Below are positions 46,243 to 56,399 of a stretch of 64,000 nt of DNA, piece after piece. Where the stretch lies: NCBI GenBank assembly GCA_051531975.1, contig JAOPTT010000004.1, forward strand, positions 32,001 to 96,000, written 5' to 3'. A program made the position numbers and the translations under genes. The notes under the pieces are model-generated. The model ran no database searches, was not told where the DNA came from, and worked only from the letters and a program-made list of their open reading frames with translations. The stretch comes from Spirochaetaceae bacterium. GTDB taxonomy: Bacteria; Spirochaetota; Spirochaetia; DSM-2461. Position 1 is the stretch's first letter. The number at the start of each line of letters is the position of its first letter.

Positions 46243-47418
46243 ATGAAAAGATTTATTTTTTTGACAATAGTATTAATTACTATGCTTTCTCTACCAGCCA
46301 AGAGTTATTTATCCGAAGATAGTGATTATTTAGATGTATATTACGAGAAGTTGGATGATGGTGGTTTTGCTTTTTATGGGGATAATAAACATTTTATCCC
46401 AATGTATATCAATTTGAAATTTACTAAACTAACAAACCTAAAAATGAGTGTCCCTAATCCTATTAAGCAAGTATTAGAGCCAGGAACTAAAAATGTTTTA
46501 TTATGTGAGTTAACTCCTATAAAAGCTGGAGAATCTTACAGGTTTGGAAGTAGTTTTAGTTATAGTAATGGCGACCCATTAAATACTAAACCAGATGATT
46601 ATATCTATATGTTCCCTTTTGCTCATGGAGAAAAAAATAAACTAGACCAGGGGTTTGGTGGTAAATTTTCTCATACCAAAGAGAACTATTATGCATTAGA
46701 TTTTTCTATGGATATAGGTACCCCAATATACGCAGCTAGAGCTGGTGTTGTTGTTGAAATAAAAGAGAACTCAAACCGTGGAGGGGCAGGTTCGTCTTAT
46801 GCAAAAGATGGAAATTTTGTCAGTATCTATCACTCTGATGGAACATTTGCCAGTTATGTACATTTAAAGAAAAATGGTGCAATCGTAAAAGTTGGAGATA
46901 GAGTAAAAATTGGAGATAAGATTGCATATAGTGGAAATACAGGGCTTTCTACTGGACCACACTTACATTTTTCTGTGAATGTTGTAGGTGAGTCTGGAGT
47001 AAAGCAGTCTATACCAATAAAAATGCAAAACATAGATGGGAAAGCTTTAGATCCAGTCACCGGGGAATTTTATTATGCAGTACATCCCAAAGGCCCAGAA
47101 TTTGTTGCCATATTTGGAAAAGATATTAAAAGTTCAGATTATGAAGGATTCTCAAATAAAGTTAAAAAGGATAACAAGGTTAAAATTTATCATGAAAAAG
47201 TTGACCACACAACAATTGTTTATTGTAAAAATGGATATGATAAAAAGATTTCCGGAACAATAAAGTTTAGCTTAAGAAATGCCCAGACAAGTAGAAAAAG
47301 TCCAATGAAAATAGAAATTCCACCTTTAACAGAGATTTATATCTGTTTAGTCACACCAAAGGACAGGAGTAAACCTTATTCTTTTTCATCATCTATGTCG
47401 TATAGTTATTTAGAATAA
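46243..47418 (+). CDS. M23 family metallopeptidase, secreted
   Basis: H..YALDF, GTPIYAARAG, YVHL, SGNTG.STGPHLHF; signal peptide from ATG 46243. Confidence 0.9.
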   Translation: MKRFIFLTIVLITMLSLPAKSYLSEDSDYLDVYYEKLDDGGFAFYGDNKHFIPMYINLKFTKLTNLKMSVPNPIKQVLEPGTKNVLLCELTPIKAGESYRFGSSFSYSNGDPLNTKPDDYIYMFPFAHGEKNKLDQGFGGKFSHTKENYYALDFSMDIGTPIYAARAGVVVEIKENSNRGGAGSSYAKDGNFVSIYHSDGTFASYVHLKKNGAIVKVGDRVKIGDKIAYSGNTGLSTGPHLHFSVNVVGESGVKQSIPIKMQNIDGKALDPVTGEFYYAVHPKGPEFVAIFGKDIKSSDYEGFSNKVKKDNKVKIYHEKVDHTTIVYCKNGYDKKISGTIKFSLRNAQTSRKSPMKIEIPPLTEIYICLVTPKDRSKPYSFSSSMSYSYLE

Positions 47419-47454
47419 ATTGTGTTATATTCTTTTAAACATTAGGAGGGTGCT

Positions 47455-48366
47455 ATGCCAATAAAGATTCAAGATAAACTACCAGCAATTGAGATTCTTA
47501 ATAAAGAGAATATCTTTGTCATGACAGAGACCCGAGCAATGAAACAGGATATTCGTCCTTTAAAAATTGCAATATTAAACCTGATGCCTAAAAAAGTTAC
47601 AACTGAGACCCATCTACTAAGATTGTTATCTAATACACCACTACAGGTTGAAGTAGACCTTCTACATCCTAAAAGCCATAAGTCTAAAAATACAGACCAT
47701 GCACATTTAGAATACTTTTACAAAACGTTTGATGATATAAAACAAGATAAATACGATGGATTAATAATAACTGGTGCCCCTGTTGAAACTCTGAAATTTG
47801 AGAGTGTAGACTATTGGGAAGAACTTAAAGAGATTATGGACTGGTCAAAAATAAATGTTACCTCTACACTTCATATTTGTTGGGGTGCTTTAGCTGGACT
47901 ATATTATCATCATGGTGTAGAAAAGTACCTTGCACCTGAGAAGATTTCAGGAATATTTAAACACTATGTTATAGATAAGAATGTACCAATTGTTAGAGGC
48001 TTTGATGATGATTATCTAGCACCACATTCACGGCACACAGAAGTACTAAGATCTGAAATAGATCAGGTGAAAAACTTAACAGCAGTATCGGAATCTAAGG
48101 AAGCTGGAGTATATATTGTCGTATCAAAAGATGGGAAACAAATTTTTGTTACAGGGCATTCAGAATATGATCCATTAACCTTAAAAGACGAATATGATAG
48201 AGATTTAAAAGTTGATCCACAAAATACAATCATTCCAAGAAATTATTTTCCAGATGATGACCCAACAAAAACTCCAGTTGTAAATTGGAGAGGACATGCA
48301 AACTTATTATTTCTAAACTGGTTAAACTATTATGTATATCAGATGACTCCATTTAAACTTGATTAA
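47455..48366 (+). CDS. metA: MetA-family homoserine O-acyltransferase (predicted acetyl-CoA specific)
   Basis: [30 protein letters not shown]. Confidence 0.95.
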   Translation: MPIKIQDKLPAIEILNKENIFVMTETRAMKQDIRPLKIAILNLMPKKVTTETHLLRLLSNTPLQVEVDLLHPKSHKSKNTDHAHLEYFYKTFDDIKQDKYDGLIITGAPVETLKFESVDYWEELKEIMDWSKINVTSTLHICWGALAGLYYHHGVEKYLAPEKISGIFKHYVIDKNVPIVRGFDDDYLAPHSRHTEVLRSEIDQVKNLTAVSESKEAGVYIVVSKDGKQIFVTGHSEYDPLTLKDEYDRDLKVDPQNTIIPRNYFPDDDPTKTPVVNWRGHANLLFLNWLNYYVYQMTPFKLD

Positions 48367-48393
48367 AACCTCAGGTTAACCTATCTTACCACC

Positions 48394-50286
48394 ATGAGCA
48401 GTAGATTTTTACCAATAAACAGAAGAGAGATGGAACAATTAGGATGGGAAAGACCTGATTTTGTAGTTGTTACAGGTACCGCATATGTGGACCATCCATC
48501 CTTTGGAACCGCAGTTATTAGCCGAGTTTTAGAAAGCCAGGGTTTTAATGTTGCTATATTAGCCCAGCCGGATTGGAAAAACTTAGATAGTTTTAAAGAG
48601 TTTGGAAAACCAAAGTTTGCCTTCTTGGTAAATGGTGGGAATATGGATTCTATGGTTAGTAATTATACTGCATCAAAAAAACCAAGAAAAACTGACTCAT
48701 ATTCTCCTGGAGATAAGGCTGGATTAAGACCTGATAGAGCAACAATTGTCTACTCGGCAGCACTGAAACAGATCTATAAAAAAGTTCCCATAATTTTAGG
48801 CGGCATCGAGGCATCTTTAAGACGTATGGCACATTACGACTACTGGTCAGACAAGATTAGGCGCTCCATTATACTGGACGCTAAAGCTGATTTAGTAATA
48901 TTTGGAATGGGTGAAAGACAGATCCTAGAAATTGGGGAAAGATTTAAAAAAGGTCTTTCTATTAAAAATATGAAAGACATTCCTGGGACTTTATATAGGA
49001 CTCATCAGAAACCAGAACAGGTTGAAGGAATAAAGTTTTTACCAACTTATAAAGATATAATGACTAGTAAAAGAAAGTTTGCTTTATCTTTTAAAACTCA
49101 GCACTTAAATACTGACCCATATACATCTTCTATTATAGTAGAGGAATATCCTGGTGAGTGGGTCGTTCAAAATATACCATCAAAACCACTTTTAAGAGAG
49201 GAATTAGACTGGGTTCATGAACTGCCATATGTCCGTTCTCCCCACTATTCCTACGATAAACTTGGTGGAGTTAAAGCCATAGAAGAGGTCCAGTTTAGTA
49301 TTATTAGTAACCGAGGGTGTTATGGAGGTTGCAATTTTTGTGCTTTAACATTTCATCAGGGTCGTATTGTACGTTCAAGAAGTCATGACTCTATAATAAA
49401 AGAAGCTAAAGAGATAATTAAACACCCGGACTTTAAAGGTTATATCCACGATGTTGGTGGGCCAACTGCAAACTTTACAAAACCAGCATGTTATAAACAG
49501 ACTCAAAGAGGATCTTGTCCTACTAAACAATGTCTTGCTCCTGAACCATGTAAAATGCTTGAAGTGGACCATACTGAGTATTTAAATCTTTTAAGAGAAT
49601 TAAGGTCTCTACCAGGGGTTAAAAAAGTTTTTATTCGATCTGGAATAAGATTCGACTATTTAATGTTAGATCCTGACGATACTTTTTTTAGGGAACTTGT
49701 AGAACATCATATCAGTGGCCAGTTAAAGGTCGCTCCTGAACATGTTTCAGATCCAGTTTTAAAACTTATGGGTAAACCTGGAAATAGTGTCTTTTCTGAG
49801 TTCTCAAAAAAATACAAAGAGATAAATGATGAACTAGGGAAAAATCAGTTTTTAGTACCTTATTTTATCTCATCCCACCCAGGTTCATCATTAGAAGACG
49901 CTATAGAGTTGGCTGAGTATTTAAAAGATACAGGATTAAGATCTGATCAAGTGCAAGACTTTATTCCAACTCCAGGAACCCTTTCAACAGCGATGTTCTA
50001 TTCTGGGTTTGACCCAATGACAATGAATCCTGTAGTAAGTCAGATATCTCCAGAGGATAAAGCTAAGCAACGAGCTCTTCTACAATATGGAAAGCCAGAA
50101 AATCGGGAACTTGTAAGGTGCGCATTAATTGAAGCAGGTAGGGAGGATTTAATTGGAAATGGTGATAAGTGTCTTATACCCAAAGCAAAAAATAGATCTT
50201 TAATGAATAGTAAAAACAGTTCAAGCAATAGAAACAGTAGCAGGAACTATAAAGGTAATAATAAAACTAGGAAGAAACGATATTAA
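48394..50286 (+). CDS. ygiQ: YgiQ family radical SAM protein
   Basis: AYVDHPSFG, GGIEASLRR.AHYDYW, RGCYGGCNFC, DVGGPTAN, LKVAPEH. Confidence 0.93.
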   Translation: MSSRFLPINRREMEQLGWERPDFVVVTGTAYVDHPSFGTAVISRVLESQGFNVAILAQPDWKNLDSFKEFGKPKFAFLVNGGNMDSMVSNYTASKKPRKTDSYSPGDKAGLRPDRATIVYSAALKQIYKKVPIILGGIEASLRRMAHYDYWSDKIRRSIILDAKADLVIFGMGERQILEIGERFKKGLSIKNMKDIPGTLYRTHQKPEQVEGIKFLPTYKDIMTSKRKFALSFKTQHLNTDPYTSSIIVEEYPGEWVVQNIPSKPLLREELDWVHELPYVRSPHYSYDKLGGVKAIEEVQFSIISNRGCYGGCNFCALTFHQGRIVRSRSHDSIIKEAKEIIKHPDFKGYIHDVGGPTANFTKPACYKQTQRGSCPTKQCLAPEPCKMLEVDHTEYLNLLRELRSLPGVKKVFIRSGIRFDYLMLDPDDTFFRELVEHHISGQLKVAPEHVSDPVLKLMGKPGNSVFSEFSKKYKEINDELGKNQFLVPYFISSHPGSSLEDAIELAEYLKDTGLRSDQVQDFIPTPGTLSTAMFYSGFDPMTMNPVVSQISPEDKAKQRALLQYGKPENRELVRCALIEAGREDLIGNGDKCLIPKAKNRSLMNSKNSSSNRNSSRNYKGNNKTRKKRY

Positions 50287-50734
50287 TATGCAGTTCAAAC
50301 TGACCATAGGGAGTATTAAATGGTATAGCTATAACATGTCCTTTTACAGGCCATGAGATCGTATGATTTGTCCCTTGAACAGTAAGTGGAACTGTTATTT
50401 CAACATTATCCATAGTTAGTATATTTAATGCATTACCGCATATAATGTTTGCAAATTCTCCAATCATAGCAGTTATAGTCTCAACTATCTCTTTAGATGT
50501 TTCAGGGACCTTTGTTGCTTCTTTAAGGAGCTTAAATGCTGTAGTTTTTTTTAACCGTATTACAAATATTCCCTCATAACTCCCCATTATCCCAATAACA
50601 CCAGAAATATTCCAACTATGGTGCTCTAAATCAGTAACTATATGAGCTTTTCCAAAAGTGGGGGTAAAATTATACATGTCCTTAAACATTCTTATAGTAG
50701 ATTTTAAGAATGGCTTTATAGTTTCAGTATCCAT
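50267..50734 (-). CDS. cheX: Chemotaxis phosphatase CheX-like
   Basis: IKPFL.S, ISGVIGIMG..EG, IGEFANIICG (ExxN), IPFNTPYG. Confidence 0.85.
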   Translation of the reverse strand: MDTETIKPFLKSTIRMFKDMYNFTPTFGKAHIVTDLEHHSWNISGVIGIMGSYEGIFVIRLKKTTAFKLLKEATKVPETSKEIVETITAMIGEFANIICGNALNILTMDNVEITVPLTVQGTNHTISWPVKGHVIAIPFNTPYGQFELHINIVSS

Positions 50735-50763
50735 TATTTAAATTGTAATATATATAGATAAAA

Positions 50764-51522
50764 TTAGCTATATAATATGCAACTGTTATACTCTGCAAAA
50801 AGTTCGAAACCTAAACTCAAATAATAGTCTGTTATCCAGTCGTCTCTATCTGCTATTAAATAGAGTGTCTCTTTTCCACTTGCCTTAGCAACAGAAATTG
50901 CAGATTTTAAGAGTGCTTCACCAACCCCTCTATTTCTACAATCTTTTAATACTTCAAGGTCATCTAGTTTTACGATATTTTTCACATAAAAAAGTTCACA
51001 GTCTCCAATAAAATCAGCATCCTGTTTATAAACTAATGTAGTTATATTTTTATTTCTAAATTTTAAGTCGATCCATCTTTTTGAGTGAATATCACCACCT
51101 TCGATATCACTGTTTAGGGAGTCATAAAGCTTTTCTAGCTGCTTACGATGCTCTTTATGCACTACTGTACAGTTTTCCTCTGCATAACTCTCATTTATTG
51201 AATTAAGATCTAAAGTTAAAACCTGATGGCAATAAAATGTAAAATCACTTAGTTCTGAGACTTCTCCAGAAAAAGGGGCGTATGGATCAAATACAAACCT
51301 TATAAACGATTTATTCTCTTTTATAACCCTCTTCTTTTCTGACTCTACAGTTCTTCTAAGTTCATCTAAGGTAATTAGTCTTTTTATAAAAGTGAAATTT
51401 TGCAAAGGAACATTAGGAGTAGTTTTGTCGTGGAAATTAATAAAACTGCTCTTTGACTCTTTTTTTGAAGTTAATTTTTTATATGAAAATTCAGCTTTAA
51501 TAATCTGATTAAGAAGTTCCAT
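50764..51522 (-). CDS. GNAT family N-acetyltransferase
   Basis: LEVLKDCRNRGVGEALL acetyl-CoA motif, YYLSLGF. Confidence 0.85.
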   Translation of the reverse strand: MELLNQIIKAEFSYKKLTSKKESKSSFINFHDKTTPNVPLQNFTFIKRLITLDELRRTVESEKKRVIKENKSFIRFVFDPYAPFSGEVSELSDFTFYCHQVLTLDLNSINESYAEENCTVVHKEHRKQLEKLYDSLNSDIEGGDIHSKRWIDLKFRNKNITTLVYKQDADFIGDCELFYVKNIVKLDDLEVLKDCRNRGVGEALLKSAISVAKASGKETLYLIADRDDWITDYYLSLGFELFAEYNSCILYS

Positions 51523-51536
51523 AAATTAATTATAGT

Positions 51537-53840
51537 CTAAAAAAGTTCCGGTTGCTTATTAAATACAATTATTTGAAAATCTTTATTTATAAATGGTAAT
51601 ACACTATCTGCAATTGGCTTAAGTTGTTTATCTATATAGTGGTCATAATCAATGTTTTTTGGAGACATTTCCACAGGAATAGGGCCGTCTTTGGTTATTA
51701 TATACTCTATCCTACCTCTCATGTTCCCTGTTGGATCTAATAATAGAGCAGCTTTTACAGGAGGTGGAATTAGTTTTGTATATTCACTGGCTGGTTTAGC
51801 TAGTCTTTTATTATAAATCAACTGATTATTAAGTTCTCCATTTTGTAGCTTTCTAACTGTTTCTTTTACATAATCTTCGACCTCATCACCTGCAAAGATT
51901 TTTGTAAAAAGGTTATATTGAAACTCTTTGGCTAGCATGGTCCAGTCTGATCTTACAAACTCTAGACCAGTAAAGGTTAATTTTTCCCCTTCATCGGAAC
52001 TTACAATACCTGCATATCTTTTTTTTGCCCCGGTTAGACCACCTCTTACCCCTGGTAAAAAGAATTTACTAAAATGTTTTTCATATTCAAGTTCTAATAT
52101 TGATTCAACAGAAAAGTTTTCTTTTAAGAACTGTTTCAGATAGTTATTCACAAACTTAACAATATCTTTTCCTGCACTATTAAAACTGGACCTTTCGTCA
52201 GGTTTTAATTGAACAAATAGAGAATCTGTATCCCCATAAATAACAGTGTAACCTCTATTTTCTAATAGTTCTTTAGTTAATGTTAGAAGCCACTGTCCAG
52301 TCCCAGTAATTGAGTCTGGTAGATCCTGATGGTAAAATCTGCAACCTGTTGTTCCCATGACACCATAAAAGCTATTCATTAAAATTTTAATAGCCTGAGA
52401 AAGGTGTGCATTCTTCTCGTTTTTTGCTAATTCACGCTTCTCCATCAGGGATTGTATATAAGCCGGAAGTACGTGCTGTGTACTAGAAAATTTAGTTCCC
52501 ATTGGGGTAGTTATTGTATCTTCATCTGACAGTATTCTTGAAATTGGGTCGATAAAAAACGTTCTTATAATGGATGGATAAAGACTCTTAAAGTCTAATA
52601 CAACAATGTTATCATAAAAACCTGGCTCCTTAATAAAAACAAGACCACCACCACCCTGTCCTGTGGATACAATATCCTCGACATCTGGTGTTACATATCC
52701 TTTCCTGTGTACTTTGGGTAGCATAAAGTAGTCAAAAGCTCTAACGGACATTCCTATTTTATCCATAGCCAATCCACAGGTTGTAGCTCTAGTAAAAGTA
52801 AGGTCTATTAATCCTAATTTATTGTATATATCCGTTACTAGTGTACAATCTAAAAGGTTATAATGGGCTAATGCTTTTTTATCATCTCTAAATCTTCTCT
52901 CAATTTCATCAACTTTTCCAGATCCTGCAATATCTTTTCCTACGCCTAAAATCTCTTTTGCAACATTTTCTAATTTATAACTAATAAAGTTATAAAAAGC
53001 ACCCCTTAATGTTGGAGGTCCGTCGATAATTATTCTTCCTGTAATATCACATACCCAACTTTTGTTTTTTGTCTGCTTTATTACTGGAGACCTGTTTCTA
53101 CGGCCAATTAAAAAAGGAATCCTGTAGAACTCTGTTCTTCGACGAATAAAATCTAAGTCAAAACCTATAACATGCCAACCAATTATAATATCAGGATCTA
53201 AACTATTAAATTCACAAATAAATGCCTCGATAAGTGATTTTTCAGTAGGGTAATAAGTTATATAGTCATCTGAGATAGTTTCTGATAATTTATCATCTCT
53301 CATTAATACTTTCTTATCAGAAACATCCCCGTAAGTGAAATGCAAACCAAATGAATAAATTGTACCATCTCGGCCTGTTTCGATATCTAAAGATAGAACT
53401 TTAAAGATTGGAGTGTAATCAGCTGGTGTCATTAAAGCATTTGTATAGTGCAATAGACCTGATTTATTTATAGGTGTGCCATCAATTAAAACTGAGCCAT
53501 AAATAAAACGTTCCATGAGGTATCTTTCTTCTGGAATAACATCACTTTCGTAACATCTAAAACCAGCTTCTTTTAATATTTTTTTCCCATTATATAAGTC
53601 GTTTTGAGTGCTAAAATATAGAGCATCAACATTTGTCCCACCAAAAGATTTTAGATTTACTTGTTTACGTTCTTTATAGGTTAAGCCCAGTGGAAGTTTT
53701 GTGAAATTATCAATAAAAAATAGTGGAGGTTTGTTATCAATTTCAACCTGGAATGGACCTGATTCTCCAACCCCTGTATATAAAAAATGAGTTTTGTTAT
53801 TATGTGTTATTTTTTGTCTTGTTAAAATATATCCTAAAAT
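51537..53840 (-). CDS. polB: DNA polymerase II (family B); reading frame extends 108 codons above the track's ATG
   Basis: Exo LDIET; pol DFKSLYPSII, KILMNSFYG, YGDTDS, KKRYAG; C-terminal clamp motif QPELF. Upstream frame is open to 53843 (ILGYILTRQ...YESDVIPEERYL). Start uncertain. Confidence 0.9.
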   Translation of the reverse strand: MLGYILTRQKITHNNKTHFLYTGVGESGPFQVEIDNKPPLFFIDNFTKLPLGLTYKERKQVNLKSFGGTNVDALYFSTQNDLYNGKKILKEAGFRCYESDVIPEERYLMERFIYGSVLIDGTPINKSGLLHYTNALMTPADYTPIFKVLSLDIETGRDGTIYSFGLHFTYGDVSDKKVLMRDDKLSETISDDYITYYPTEKSLIEAFICEFNSLDPDIIIGWHVIGFDLDFIRRRTEFYRIPFLIGRRNRSPVIKQTKNKSWVCDITGRIIIDGPPTLRGAFYNFISYKLENVAKEILGVGKDIAGSGKVDEIERRFRDDKKALAHYNLLDCTLVTDIYNKLGLIDLTFTRATTCGLAMDKIGMSVRAFDYFMLPKVHRKGYVTPDVEDIVSTGQGGGGLVFIKEPGFYDNIVVLDFKSLYPSIIRTFFIDPISRILSDEDTITTPMGTKFSSTQHVLPAYIQSLMEKRELAKNEKNAHLSQAIKILMNSFYGVMGTTGCRFYHQDLPDSITGTGQWLLTLTKELLENRGYTVIYGDTDSLFVQLKPDERSSFNSAGKDIVKFVNNYLKQFLKENFSVESILELEYEKHFSKFFLPGVRGGLTGAKKRYAGIVSSDEGEKLTFTGLEFVRSDWTMLAKEFQYNLFTKIFAGDEVEDYVKETVRKLQNGELNNQLIYNKRLAKPASEYTKLIPPPVKAALLLDPTGNMRGRIEYIITKDGPIPVEMSPKNIDYDHYIDKQLKPIADSVLPFINKDFQIIVFNKQPELF

Positions 53841-53843
53841 AGG

Positions 53844-54722
53844 TCATTCCTTCTGGTAGACTCTTTTATGTCTCTGATTCCAATGCCCCATAATCTCGGT
53901 TGTATTTGTGACACTTACAAATGCATTAATATCTACACTATAGATAAAGTCTTTAAGTTTCGCTAACCTTCTAGATGGAATAACTGTGTAAATAACAGGA
54001 ATTGGTTCTTTATAATATGAACCTTCTCCGTGTAAAAGAGTTGCTCCTCGATTTTGACTATGTAGAAAATCTGTAATTTGTTTATGTTCTGCTGAAATTA
54101 CCATTACTGAAAGTCTGTTTTCAAAACCAGCAATAACTTTGTCTATAACTCCTGAACCAATAAACATACCAATTAGTGAGTACATTCCTTTGTATGGAAC
54201 AAAAATAATAGAAGCACAACTTACAATTATAAAATTGAATAAAAAGAGTGTTGTTCCTAGGTTTATAGATTGTCTACGTTTTATAGCCGCACTTATAATA
54301 TCAGTACCACCAAAACTTGCTCTGTTTTTAAATAGAATTCCCATTCCTAAACCTGTAAACAATCCACCATAGATAGCTGCTAGAATCTCGTGTGGAACAT
54401 AAATAATTCCAGCTAAACTACTTGTTAATTCTATAAAAAATGAGAAGGATAACATTCCCACTAAACTAGAAATAATAAAATGTTTGTCCAAGTGCATATA
54501 ACCAATAATAAATATTGGGATATTTATCATTATAATTGATATTGAAGTATTTATACCAAATAGGTGATTTAAAATCTGGGCTATTCCACCAACACCACCA
54601 CTTAAAAAATCATTTGGAATTAGAAATAGATTAAAACCTAGGGCATATATTAACCCTCCTATAACTATACTTATCATCCTAAAAAGATAAACTTTGAAAT
54701 CGGGGACGTCCTCTAAAATCAT
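53844..54722 (-). CDS. YitT family membrane protein
   Basis: SGGVGGIAQ, NIPIF, GGTDII, RGATLL.G.GSY, DINAFV. Confidence 0.9.
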   Translation of the reverse strand: MILEDVPDFKVYLFRMISIVIGGLIYALGFNLFLIPNDFLSGGVGGIAQILNHLFGINTSISIIMINIPIFIIGYMHLDKHFIISSLVGMLSFSFFIELTSSLAGIIYVPHEILAAIYGGLFTGLGMGILFKNRASFGGTDIISAAIKRRQSINLGTTLFLFNFIIVSCASIIFVPYKGMYSLIGMFIGSGVIDKVIAGFENRLSVMVISAEHKQITDFLHSQNRGATLLHGEGSYYKEPIPVIYTVIPSRRLAKLKDFIYSVDINAFVSVTNTTEIMGHWNQRHKRVYQKE

Positions 54723-56308
54723 ATATTCAATAAATCCTCATGTATTTCATCAATTTGGTGGGGTTCGAGATATTCTTTTGCATATTTAAGGTATACTTTC
54801 TGTTTTACAAATATATCAAATAGGTCTGGATCGATATGATTTCTCTCTTTCATAGATACCATTATTGCCATAGCCTCACTAAGAGTTTTACCTCTCTTAT
54901 ATGGTCTGTCATATGCTGTTAAGGCTTCAAAAATATCTGCTATAGCCATCATTCTTGCTTGTACTGACATCTCATCCCTAGTTAAACCATTAGGGTAACC
55001 AGTTCCATCCATTTTTTCGTGGTGTCCACCGGCAATTTCAGGTACATTTTGTAGACTTTTAGGATAAGGTAGCTGATTTAGCATATCTATACTAACAACA
55101 ACATGGTCATTAATTATTTTTCTCTCATCTTCTGTTAATGTACCCCGAACTATACATAGGTTTTTAACTTCATTTTCTGTTAATAGGGGTTTTGATCGGC
55201 CATTAAATTTCCATTTTCTTTTACTTATATCATGGATGAGTTTTATTTTATCAGCGGACATGAATTCGCCGCCAATATTTGCAGTCTTAATAAACTTTAA
55301 CTCTTTTTTAAGTGCTCTTAATGTTTTTTTGTAAACCTTTTCTGCTAAAAGACTTTGGTCGGATTTTAAATAAATAATCTCCGCATCTCTTTTTATTATT
55401 TCATATCTAGTTTCAATCTCTGCAATACGATCGTATATTGTTTCAAGTTTTGTTGCTTTATCAACAACATATTCAGGAACTGTTACTTTCCCAGCATCAT
55501 GAAGCCACGATGCGATATATAGTTCGTAAAGTTCCTCACTATCTAAATTTACATCATGATAAATTCCATCTTTGGTTCTGTTTACTGCTTCAGCTATTGC
55601 CATTGTTATTACCGGTACTCTTTGGCAATGTCCCCCAGTATATGGGGACTTTTTATCAATTGCTCCAGCTATTACTTTAATAAATGATTCAAATAGAGTC
55701 CTTAAATCTTTGACAAGATTTCTATTTGTTATTGTTATTGCAGCTTGACTTGCCAAAGCAACTACAAGTTCTTCAACATGGGATGAAAATGAGATTATAC
55801 TATTATTATCGTGACTGTAGGCATTTAGAAGCTGGAGAACTCCAATTATTTCATCTTCATGGTTTCTAAGTGGAACAGTTAAAAACGATTTTGATCTATA
55901 ACCAGTAGTTTCATCAAATGCTTTAGTTCCACTAAAATCGAAACCCTCTGCTTCGTATGCATCTTGAATGTTTATAGTTTCACCAGTTATTGCAACGTAA
56001 GATGCTATATTGTGTTTATTAGGGTTACCAGCTTTATCTTTTAGTTGAACCCCAGGAAAAGTAACTTTTTTTTCCGATGTTCCACCCATGTGGATGCCTA
56101 AGGAATCGGTCATTACAATTTCAAAACTTAATAACGTATCACCCTTTTTCATGTATAAAGTTCCACCGTCTGCATTGGCAAGAACTTTTGCTTCAAGTAG
56201 GATCATCTCGAGAAGTTTTTCTCTATCCTTCTCTTTAGATAGAGCAATACTAATATCTGTTAGTGTTCTGATATTTAATTTTAATACTTCTATCTGATTT
56301 GCATCCAT
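54719..56308 (-). CDS. GAF + HD-GYP phosphodiesterase
   Basis: GAF (TGYRSKSFLTVPL), YTGGHCQRV, WLHDAGK, HHEKMDGTGYP, ADIFEALT..RPYK. Confidence 0.93.
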   Translation of the reverse strand: MDANQIEVLKLNIRTLTDISIALSKEKDREKLLEMILLEAKVLANADGGTLYMKKGDTLLSFEIVMTDSLGIHMGGTSEKKVTFPGVQLKDKAGNPNKHNIASYVAITGETINIQDAYEAEGFDFSGTKAFDETTGYRSKSFLTVPLRNHEDEIIGVLQLLNAYSHDNNSIISFSSHVEELVVALASQAAITITNRNLVKDLRTLFESFIKVIAGAIDKKSPYTGGHCQRVPVITMAIAEAVNRTKDGIYHDVNLDSEELYELYIASWLHDAGKVTVPEYVVDKATKLETIYDRIAEIETRYEIIKRDAEIIYLKSDQSLLAEKVYKKTLRALKKELKFIKTANIGGEFMSADKIKLIHDISKRKWKFNGRSKPLLTENEVKNLCIVRGTLTEDERKIINDHVVVSIDMLNQLPYPKSLQNVPEIAGGHHEKMDGTGYPNGLTRDEMSVQARMMAIADIFEALTAYDRPYKRGKTLSEAMAIMVSMKERNHIDPDLFDIFVKQKVYLKYAKEYLEPHQIDEIHEDLLNI

Positions 56309-56399
56309 ATTAAAATCTTAGTCTCATAAATAGCGTTGGTCAATATCGTTTATTGTATAATTTGTTGTCATTATGTCTAATACTGTTTATATTTTAAAT

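Noticed and set aside
50206..50265. Low-complexity AATAG/AACAG-like repeats at the ygiQ 3' end
   Set aside because: They encode a disordered Asn/Ser/Arg/Lys tail and do not form a regular DNA repeat array.
51537..53840. Family-B polymerase as a phage, casposon or pipolin marker
   Set aside because: It has cellular Pol II features and a clamp-binding tail, with housekeeping neighbours and no integrase or terminal repeats.
54719..56308. HD domain as a Cas3 or defence nuclease
   Set aside because: It has the HHEKxDGTGYP and RPYK motifs of HD-GYP phosphodiesterases plus a GAF domain.
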